From Octopus vulgaris (taxonomy: Eukaryota), in assembly GCA_951406725.2 (NCBI GenBank), contig OX597820.1, positions 7,068,001 through 7,132,000 of the forward strand: a stretch of DNA of 64,000 nucleotides. Reading direction: 5' to 3'. The notes under the pieces were generated by a model that was not told the origin of the DNA, did no database searches, and worked only from the letters and a program-made list of their open reading frames with translations. Shown here piece after piece: positions 53,411 to 64,000 of this stretch (positions are counted from its first letter, which is position 1; each line of letters starts with the position of its first letter). Made by a program: the position numbers and the translations under genes.

Positions 53411-54373
53411 TGTGTGTGTAGAGAGAAGGAGTGAGTGGTGAGAAAGAGAAGAGTGCCGTGAGTAGTCTGCCTGTCTAAGTAAAGGTTCTCCGTCGGTGTC
53501 TACGATTAGTATCCCAGTTATTCTCTCACCTGAAGTATTTACTCATTAAGACATAATTAGACACGTGCTTTTTAACACTAATTTATGGAACAAGCCATTG
53601 CGACTCACAGACAGAGAGTGTGGGTGAGAAATCTGGGTCTATTAAATACTGTTACCCACCACCACGGCAGCCGCCACTAACTGAATTCCCTTGTTTCTAT
53701 CTCGCCGAAGATACTGTAAAAGACTATTGTCGTGCTGTGAAATCGAACACGCGATCTCATGTTTGCAAGGCAATTTTGTTAACTCCTCGGCTTTTCGTGC
53801 AGCCACACGATATAATTTGAAAATTTGATTCTGGGACAACTTTGACAATAACAGAAAAATGTCTACACACACAGAAACACAAGGTATACACAGTCTCTCT
53901 AATCAACAAACACGCACCAACACACACACACGCACCCGAACCCTATTGTGAATTATATTCTCATACACACACATATCTCAATGGCTTCGAGACACTGTCT
54001 TGTTAGAATTCTGACATTATCTCAAGTAAATTACGTATCTGTAAGCGTCCCGTTGACCACTGGTCAGTGTTCTTCATGCAATCAGTGATATTGCTTCGGT
54101 CATAGGCTTCAGTTAGCGCTCAATTACGTTTCTTCTGTATCCAATCCGTAATAGATAACAATGATAGCACGTAACCTTGTTACCACACTGACAAAATATT
54201 ACGATATCATTCGATATTAAATGGAAGAAAAACAGAACTAACCATCTCCAGCATTAGCTGAAAGTCACAGAATTACAAATGACTTGTTTAGTTGAATGAA
54301 ATGACTGTGTTAATATAACTGGTATCTATTTTACAGAGACCAGTTGAGACTATCCCCAATGAGTTACTTGTAT

Positions 54374-54764
54374 GGATGGATGGAAGCACTCCGTCGGTTA
54401 CGACGACGAGGGTTCCGGTTGATCCGATCAACGCAACAGCCTGCTCGTGAAATTAACGTGTAAGTGGCTGAGCACTCCACAGACACGTGCACCCTTAACG
54501 TAGTTCTCGGAGATATTCAGCGTGACACAGAGAGTGACAAGGTCGGCCCTTTGAAATACAGGTACAACAGAAACAGGAAGTAAGAGTGAGAGAAAGTTGT
54601 GGTGAAAGAGTACAGCAGGGATCACCACCAACCCCTGCCGGAGCCTCGTGGAGGTTTAGGTGTTTTCGCTCAATAAACACTCACAACGCCCGGTTTGGGA
54701 ATCGAAACCGCGATCCTACGACCGCGAGTCCGCTGCCCTCACCACTGGGTCATTGCGCCTCTAC
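54374..54764 (-). mobile_element. SINE family C (tRNA-derived), full length
   Basis: Minus-strand head GGCGCAATGACCCAGTGG..GGTTTCGATTCCC, (CCAT)n tail, 8-bp TSD acttgtat at 54366-54373 and 54765-54772. Confidence 0.85.
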
Positions 54765-54829
54765 ACTTGTATATAGTGTAGTACAGTCGAGAGATGGCTT
54801 AAAGGTTCGAGTGCAGAGGGATCCTAATG

Positions 54830-55036
54830 TAATGCAACCAAATGTGAATCGTTGGCGATTTTTCTCCTTCGTCTTCTTTTCTATTGGACTTTGCGCTGTT
54901 TCTGAAGCAGAGCGTTGCTCGAAACGTTAAACCATCTTTCTTTCCTTCCCCGAGCGTCTGCTAATACTTTAAATGTACCCAGTGCTCGCGTTGATGTTTT
55001 TTTTTTTGTATGTTTATTGTTCCTTTGTTTTGGATT

Positions 55037-55040
<4 letters not shown>
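54830..55040 (+). mobile_element. Penelope-like short repeat with HHR motif (54898-54932)
   Basis: gttt-CTGAAGC-A-GAGC gtt GCTC-GAA-ACGT-T-aaac; same family as 41510 and 41750; ends in (TA)n. Confidence 0.65.
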
Positions 55041-55101
<61 letters not shown>

Positions 55102-55283
55102 AGAGAGAGAGAGAGAGAGAGAGAGATATTAAATCCAAAAAACATAGGCAGGGAAAGGTGATGAACCTCATTCGTATGTTTTTAAATTCGGCGGTACTGG
55201 ACGTTAAATATGATCTGTCTGATACTGTTAATTGGAGAGGTGTATTCAATTCTTCCAGTGCCTCCGGATTCAATATTGTGAAG

Positions 55284-55369
55284 ATCCATGCTGATGAGGA
55301 AAGTGTTCCGGGTAAAGTATAAATTATACTTTCCTTATACCGATCTAATTCCGAAACGCGTACATGGGT
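55284..55369 (+). ncRNA. Complete type-I hammerhead ribozyme with extended helix II
   Basis: atccatg-CTGATGA-GGAA..47 nt..TTCC-GAA-ACGCGT-A-catgggt. All core residues canonical, 7-bp helix I, palindromic helix III, predicted cleavage after A55362. Confidence 0.8.
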
Positions 55370-57705
55370 AATCAAATATCGATTGATTTTCGTTATTTTT
55401 CCTCTCTGTCTGCGTGGATTGTTTTCGAGTACTTTGTTTTTGTCCGGGAATCTCTTTTAAAAGTAGAGGAAATAGCTAAGGTTCTCTGGCTATTATTTCT
55501 AAACTTCGGTACGTGGTAAAGCAAATCTTCGCTGAACCCTAATTATAAAATATTACTTAAGTTTACCGAGAAATGATCCTTTTTCATGTCGAATTCTACT
55601 TGGTGAAATTATTGATTACTAGTTAATTAATTAATTTTATCCTTTGTTATTATTGGTAATATATATATATATATATATATATAGTAAATAATTTATAGAC
55701 TAGCTTATCAAATCCCTTGTATATCTAAGGCTGAGAGAACAGAGGGTATTATCTGTTAGGGGTAGGGCTGAGGGAGTAGACAGACATTCTAGTTGGTATA
55801 ATCATTAAAAAAATCAAGATTTATTATAAGCAATCTCATGAGGTTTAGTAAGGGAAAACTTAAAACATGATGTTACCTGATTATTAAGGGGATCGCCCAC
55901 TAGCAGACTATTGATAATGAAACAGAGGAAGTCTTATCATGTAGTACTACAGTTAAATATTTTAAACAATGTTGCTATATTGTATACAGTTAAAGTTTAG
56001 GGTTATTCAAAGGATTATTAAGAAGAATATTATAACAAAAGGATAGAAATTTATGAATACTTTTGAGTATATACCAAACTTTTAGCACAACAGAGGGAGG
56101 AAAAGAAATTATCCAGAAATAGTTTAATATTTATACATATTGTACACTTAAATACTAACTCATCAGATGGTATCTGGGAATATTGATTAATTGGCATATA
56201 CTGGTATTAATAAAGGAGTATTGAGGTAAAGGATCATGCTAATTATGTATTAATAAAATTATAATCTGAGCAGTATTTTTTTTTTATAAGTAGTGAATAT
56301 ACCAGTATAGTTTTATATAAGCTCAGTATGAATTTATAGAGATACAAAAATTAGATTAATTTCATAAATAATTAAAGGCTGATTATAAAATAATGAAGAA
56401 ATAAAATAAAGTAATTAAGTAGGGCAGAACACCATAGAAAAGGAATAAAATGGCTTAATTACTAATACTATGGTAAAGTATATGTAGCTTGTTAACACCA
56501 ATGGGGAAGATTTTAGGAAAATGTATAATAATTCAAAATGTATTAGACTAAGAATTATTTATTTACTTATTTAGCTAATATCAATAAAAGACTGATGTTT
56601 GGTATCAGCTAAAGGAATATTTAAGTTATGGAACAATCATATTTTACACTAATTTTTTTTTAATTAAGGGTTATATTATAGGTTTAAGAAGTTATTAACA
56701 ATAATAACTTCTTATCTTCTAGAAAAAGCAGTCAAAGTTCCCTCAAATTAAACATTACTGTCTAAAAATGACATTGCTTAGCGGAATCCTTGATGCCTAG
56801 CACATAGGGAAAAGGCAGGGTGGTCATAATTTGATTGTCATTAATATTTGCTCAGCTTGATTTGGGCTGGGCTGGGAGTAAGTGACCTTAAAACAACAAC
56901 ACTAGCAATAACAACAGCAACAACAATCATTCAGGAACCAATGACAAAGCTTTCACGTGATCGCTCAACGTGCTAGAAATAGCAGTCAATGTAACCTTCA
57001 AGTATACGCTAGCGTTTATCAAATGGGAAGGTGTATGCGGAAGGATAGCCATAAGGAATACTTTTGAACATATTAAAATCATATTAAAATCTCGAACGGA
57101 GGAAATTAAAAAAAAAAGGAATACGAGCGAAATAGCGGTCTGCGATGGAAATCCGTCGCTAAACATTTGGTATTTCGGATTTTACACTAATAGGATGGAA
57201 AACTCTGCAGAATATTTCTAGAATCAGGAGTCAATTTGGAAATATGATGACATCTTAAGAACGTTGCAACATATTCGTTGGAAAGAGACTAACAGAAGAA
57301 TCCGCAGGAATATTACATTTTGACCTCGTTCTTGCAACATTGCTGCTTCTCATGAAATTCCGATTGAAATCAATAAATAAATATCATATGTTCTTACTAA
57401 TTAATTGATCGCTTAATCTATATTTAAATGTATTTAAGGTGGCTGTACCGCCTCTGATGAATTCTTCACGGATAATTGCAAGAAAGACACGGAGATATGC
57501 TTTTGTTTTGGGGTTTTTTGATTAATTTTACAAATCCGGGCAAATGGTTATTGCGTATTAGGAAGTGCTTTGACGACACGCACACACACACACATACAAA
57601 CACACACGCAACACACATACACACGCACACATTTCTTTCCCTTGCGGCTTTATACATATTTCTAATTTACATATTTTCTTTTATATTACAATTTGCACAC
57701 CCACC

Positions 57706-57745
<40 letters not shown>

Positions 57746-57761
57746 AATACATACACATTTC

Positions 57762-57843
<82 letters not shown>

Positions 57844-58010
57844 CATATATATATGTACCCACACATGTATATATATAACTTTCCTCGATTTCAGCACAAC
57901 GTATTTCTGTAGTGGGTATATAATAATATGTGGAAATTGACGATTTAAAAGTCTGTTATCAGCATATTGGCATAGAAATAATTTTCTTTTGCCCTTGTTA
58001 ATAAGTTGTT

Positions 58011-58103
<93 letters not shown>

Positions 58104-58106
<3 letters not shown>

Positions 58107-58370
58107 GCAGGAGTGGCTGTGTGGTAGGTAGCTTGCTAACCAACCACATGGTTCCGGGTTCAGTCCCACTGCGTGGCATCTTGGGCAAGTGTCTTCTACT
58201 ATAGCCCCGGGCCGACCAATGCCTTGTGAGTGGATTTGGTAGACGGAAACTGAAAGAAGCCTGTCGTATATATGTATATATATATATGTGTGTATGTGTG
58301 TGAGTGTTTGTGTATGTGTGTTTGTCCCCCTAGCATTGCTTGACAACCAATGCTGGTGTGTTTACGTCCC
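58104..58370 (+). mobile_element. SINE family B, 5' two-thirds, young
   Basis: Near-identical to the reverse complement of about 15800-16062. Confidence 0.9.
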
Positions 58371-58491
58371 TGTGTGTGTGTATGCAAATGTATAAATTAT
58401 CTGTTTACCGCAGTTATAAGCGTTATAAACAACTTATTCAAATTAAGCTGGGTGAGGTAATATAGATGTTTATCCACCTGACTGTCTGACT

Positions 58492-58586
58492 GGCTATAGT
58501 AGAAGACACTTAGCCAAGGTGCCACGCGGTAGGACTGAACCCGAAACCATTTGATTGGTAAGCAAGCTACTTACCACACAGCAACT
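58492..58586 (-). mobile_element. SINE family B head fragment
   Basis: ggctatagtagaagacactt..ggactgaacccgaaaccat..gcaagctacttaccacacagc. Confidence 0.85.
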
Positions 58587-59519
58587 GTGTACTGGCACGT
58601 CATCAGGTGATCGGCTTTGATAGCATTTCTATGAGATAATATTGAATGAATATATGTATGTATATGACTTTATAGCGAGAAAACACGAGACAAGCGGAGT
58701 GAACACTAGAGTTGCTACACGTGGTCGCTCAATATCCTACAAAGAGCACAGCCTATCTGCCTCATATCACAACACAAGTCTAAGCAGAACGTAAAGCCAA
58801 GAGACAAATTGACGGGATGTTCATTGAGGAAACAGCACGAATCATGTTTGTTTTATCAATTTTTGACCTTCAGCTAATCAACCAAGCTTCGAAAAAGCTA
58901 AACTGTCTGTCGTAAGTTTGTATGACGCCGTAGTATGTACCATGCTTTCACTGAATCTTACAGGTGCTTATGTAACCGCCAACAGGCATAAACACCATGT
59001 CATTCCCTACACTTGACCCAGCGGAACATCAAGGGTGTGACAGTTGGAGGGAAAGAAAGTTCCGCCTGCACGAGGTTGGTTGGCATTTACAGCTAAGCAG
59101 ACTGCTGCTCAGGGCACAACGCACTGCCTAGACCAGGAAGTGAACTCACTTTATTATGACCGTGAGCCGGATAAAACAGTTGCTTTCATAAACAGCAACA
59201 ATAATGTAGATATTTGGTTGTTGAACCGAGCAATTCGATGGATCTTAAATAGAATTAAATGGTGTATGTATGATGACCAATATAAATGGGTGAAGCAAAT
59301 TTAAACATTTAATCATGAGATAAAGTTGATTATATTTGTCTTAGCGGATGTGGGCGAGAGATTATTATGATGTGTTAATAAACACAGAGATGGCTAGAGA
59401 GATGACCCGATAGTTGACCAGATAAGCAGAGATAACGAAATATCTAATGAAAATGAGTGGACGATAGCCACACAATATAGTTTAATAGATGAAATATCCA
59501 GAATATATAGAAATTAGTA

Positions 59520-59583
<64 letters not shown>

Positions 59584-59812
59584 TACATAAATATATATAT
59601 ATATATACACACATACTTACACAGATATATATATATACATACATACATATATATACACATATATATATATACATAAATATATATATATATACACACATAC
59701 TTACACAGATATATATATATACATACATACATATATATACACACGCATACTTACACAGATATGCATATATATATATACACACGCATACTTACACAGATAT
59801 ACATATATATAT

Positions 59813-59857
<45 letters not shown>

Positions 59858-60455
59858 CACACACACATACACAGATATATATGCACTCAGACACCTACAA
59901 ACATATATGCATATATACATCTACCTATTTGTGTTTGGCTGATTATGTAGATGGAAGTGTGTGGGGGTGGGATCGCGGGCGGCTTGTGCACGTGCGCATA
60001 AAGCGAGATCACACAATTTTAATATTGAATGCACGTCTTTGTAGAAATCCGAGCGATATTCTAATCGTCTACACTTATCATCGGCGTCTATTTAACAATA
60101 TAGCGTTGTGCCTGCGAATGTTCTAATTACATACAAGCAACCATACATATACGCATACATGCAAACGCGCCTATATGCATACATACATACATGCTCACAC
60201 TCTTATGTATATACAATACATCTTAGTTATACGGTCACACACATACCAGCATGCAACATTATTCAGCGCACTTGTGAGCGTGTATATATATATATATATA
60301 TGTGTGTGTGTATATATACATGTGTATATATATACATGTATGTAAATATATATGTGTGTGTGTATATATATATACATGTATGCATGTATGTATATATATA
60401 TATACATGTATACATGCATGTATGTAAATATATATGTGTGTGTGTGTATATATAT

Positions 60456-60509
<54 letters not shown>

Positions 60510-60530
60510 ACATGTATGTATGTATGTATG

Positions 60531-60606
<76 letters not shown>

Positions 60607-61159
60607 AGTAAATATATACGTATATATGTATAGATTAAATATACCGACAGACAGATAGATAGATAAATACACACACACACACACACACAAACATCCCCAC
60701 ACAGAAAATATCCCTATGTATATAATTGTATTTATTACAAAACCACATTAATGATAGAGTATATTTATACCATTATTATAGTAATGAATTTCGATTTGCG
60801 ACCAATCTATCTGAAAGCTTAAGGAGCGGAAACTCTCGTTACTTTCTTTCTCGTCTGCTGCCTTGTTATTTCGTAGTTAAGAGAATTAGTTGTTAATGTA
60901 ATTACAAAGAACTGTTGAACTACATAAGACTGTGAACAGTTGAAAGATAACTTGAGCTAGATATACAGCAGCGGAGAATCAGTGTGAATCTTCGCTTGCA
61001 CCTGATACGTTGTCCAAACGGACATAGAAGTCCAGTTTTGATTTCAAATTGTTTGAGGAAATCTCAAGAGTTGTGAGCTTGGAGCACAATTTTGCTAATC
61101 GTTTTAGATATTCATATAGTATTCTTACGTGCCACGCCCCCCTTCAATAGAACCATCTA

Positions 61160-61550
61160 CCTGTGCTCTTATACCCAAGTGAGGCGTCAGCTACTACGAA
61201 GATAGAACTCTGATTGGCTACGACACAAAGAGCCATGGAAAAATCCATGCTAGGAATATTAAGAGAGCATATTCTAGATGAGATTATTCGAGAATGGAGC
61301 GGAGTAGCAAGGTGATCGCAGATTACCGAAAGTACAACTTCCGCTGATCCGAACATATCGCAAGGTTCACAGACAAGCGATGGACCGGTACAATTGTCGA
61401 GTGGTATCCAAAAAATAAGAAAAGTCCGCCTGGAAGATCTCCACAAAGATTGGACGACGATTTAGTTAAGCAACTTGGGTCAAAATGGAAAAGAACGACA
61501 CAAACAAGTTAAAATTGGAGGCACATTGTGACAAGTGGTGTGTAACAGCA
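61160..61550 (+). mobile_element. RTE-clade LINE reverse transcriptase C-terminal remnant
   Basis: PVLLYPSEA..LATTQRAMEKSMLGI..HIARFTDKRWTGTIVEWYPKNKKSPPGRSPQRLDDDL, with frameshifts and stops. Confidence 0.8.
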
Positions 61551-61641
61551 TTTGATCGTCTCGCCAATTCTGTGATATTCTGTTACAATGACAAGCAGAG
61601 ATGGATAACCTCTTGACTCACTTCTCGGTTTCTACCTAATA

Positions 61642-61789
61642 CCTATTTCTTTACTACCCACAAGGGGTTAAACACTGAGAGGACAAACAAGGACAGACAA
61701 ACGCATTAAGTCGATTACATCGACCCCGGTACGTAATACAACTAAGCATTTTGCCCGGCGTGCTAACGGTTCTGCCGGCTCGCTGCCTT
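61642..61789 (-). mobile_element. SINE family A, internally deleted
   Basis: Head and tail present, B box and core absent; 14-bp TSD gtttctacctaata at 61628-61641 and 61790-61803. Confidence 0.85.
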
Positions 61790-63270
61790 GTTTCTACCTA
61801 ATATCGAGAATGTGACAACTGGAGGGAATGTGAGTTCTGTCAACTTAAGGTTGGTACTCATTGGCAGTTGGCACCAGTGAAAATCATGTACCTTGTTCAA
61901 GGACACAACTCGTTCACTTGGGCAAGTATCGATCGAACACACAAACGTCGACCCTAAACCCAGCACCCTGTTCGCCAAGTCACGCACCTTCATAAACAAC
62001 ATATAATGTGCAGGTATTTGGTTGGTATTTCTCGTAGGCCAAACAAACATACACAGAATCCTTCGTCTGATTTTAATAAATACCAAGCGATGTATGTATA
62101 AAGACAAATACGAGTGAGCCAAATATGATATGGAATTAGTTGGAGAAGCTAGCGTGTTTCTGCTTTTGGAAGAAGGTAGAGTATTGATTCTAAGAAGATT
62201 TGACTGTTGTTTCTAGCAGGGGAAGCGAAGTTGCACAAGTTCTTCATTGCCAGTGTAAACAGAATTGGACGTTCAGCATACAAATATACATCAAAAGTAG
62301 GTTTAGTGTGTTTGCGAAAAACAGAGATATTAGAGCGAAAATGAATCGTCTAAAATCAATATAATGTAGTTGTGGCCAAATATTTCATTACCAAATTAAT
62401 TATACATGTACTTTAATCAACTTTCTGGCACAGAAAAGGTAATTGATCACACTTCTGCTTTGAGTGACAAACATATATTTACCTTTAGAACACAGAATAC
62501 ACAACGAACATTGCTTGGTCAATATTTTATGACGATCAGAAATGTTGATTTAAGTGCATTTATAATCATTTTTAAAATTAAACTGCCTGGGAGAAACATT
62601 TACTTTTCTTTCCATCATAAACATTTTGGTTTTAATATAAGTACTTTACGTCCAAATGTGTCTAGATCTCTTTGAAGGCTTATGGCATTATTTTAAAATG
62701 AAGGACACTTTCGATGAGGTATAGATACACTCTATGAAAATATAACCTGGAGAAACTCGCGGGTTCCTTAATTTTTATTTTTGGGGCTTAGTCATCAGAA
62801 GGTGAGTTCGTATTGTTTTTCAGGTTTCCAGTGAGTAATGGAAGAAATAAAATTCACATTGCTGACTTTGCAGGAAAACTAGCAAGAGTAAGAACTGCAC
62901 TGAGGGCATCCAACGTTTAGCTGATGGTGTTCAAACTAAACAGGGAAAAACATATAAAGGCTAAGAAGCGTGTAATTAGGGCATTCCACTTTATGGGCGC
63001 TCGATCATGTCTGACATGTGACTAAACAACAACACGAACAAGATGCTTTACATTACAGTGACAGCCTCAAAACTTTACGTTATCTGAACCATGAGACAAG
63101 TGTAACATATTCTTCAAAAAGGGTAAGAGTTTTATTAAACATACACAAAGAAACTCTTATTTTTGCTGTGGTATATAGTATGGATGTGTAATATATACAC
63201 TACATCACGTGGTCTAGAAAAAAGTTTATTGCTTATATCTTCAAAAAAAAAAAATTATACACGCATAATC

Positions 63271-63302
<32 letters not shown>

Positions 63303-63329
63303 ATAAGCATATACAAACATGTGTGCGTG

Positions 63330-63390
<61 letters not shown>

Positions 63391-63551
63391 AAAACGTCAC
63401 CAACGGTGCAAGCAACATGAAATACGTAAATAAAAAAGGGAAAAACGAGTGAAATACATAAACGAGGAAAAAATGGTAAACAGGACAACATCAGTTGTCA
63501 GCTGTCTATCTATTCCTCATTTCGCACATTCAACGACAAATATTACCCTTC

Positions 63552-63589
<38 letters not shown>

Positions 63590-63591
<2 letters not shown>

Positions 63592-63730
63592 ACGCCATGA
63601 TGGACCGTTAGCTCCTACACGCATTTTTTTCCCTCCTTGTTTCTTTTCTGTGTATCTTTCTGTCGAAGAGCATAGGCTCGAAACGTAAAAGACTTGTTTT
63701 ATTTCTATTCCTGAGCGTCATACTAATACA
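63590..63730 (+). mobile_element. Penelope-like short repeat (family of 16760-16940)
   Basis: Shared ctccttgtttc(t)tttctgtgtatctttctgt and ttcctgagcg(c/t)catactaataca; ends in TA-rich repeat. Confidence 0.6.
63655..63692 (+). ncRNA. Minimal hammerhead-like motif with CUGUCGA core
   Basis: tcttt-CTGTCGA-A-GAGC atag GCTC-GAA-ACGT-A-aaaga; perfect 5-bp helix I and 4-bp helix II. Confidence 0.6.
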
Positions 63731-64000
63731 TATATACTATATATACTAATACATATATATATACATATATATATATATATATGTAGATATATTCCAAGAA
63801 AGTTAGGGGCTGTGAATCCAACCAACTAAGGGATAATATCTATTCCAACTGCATTGCAATTACATTACTTAGTGTACTAAATGGGTGAGAGTAAAGAGTT
63901 ATTTTATCATTAATTTATTGAGCAATAAGAAAATGGAGGGGATCAAGAGGTGGTAATCATCTCTGAATACCACTTATTGACCCCCTCCATTTTCTTATTG

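Overview
AT-rich, microsatellite-saturated non-coding animal DNA. It is most likely coleoid cephalopod (Octopus-like); this is inferred from the repeat families and simple-repeat load, not from a database search. No intact host gene is supportable: almost all listed ORFs are translations of (TA)n/(CA)n/(TTA)n repeats. The window holds three tRNA-derived SINE families, several copies with clean target-site duplications (TSDs). It also holds decayed Tc1/mariner, piggyBac and Helitron elements and CR1-like, RTE, Tx1/L1-like and RLE-type LINE remnants. The strongest signal not explained by the ORF track is about 10 minimal type-I hammerhead-ribozyme (HHR) motifs from several distinct short, (TA)n-abutting, Penelope-like repeat families. 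These include a structurally complete HHR with an extended helix II (55284-55369), a recurring non-canonical CUGUNGA core (16852-16889, 63655-63692), and a composite element joining a Pol III tRNA-like head to an HHR (47745-47955). Ribozyme activity is untested inference.
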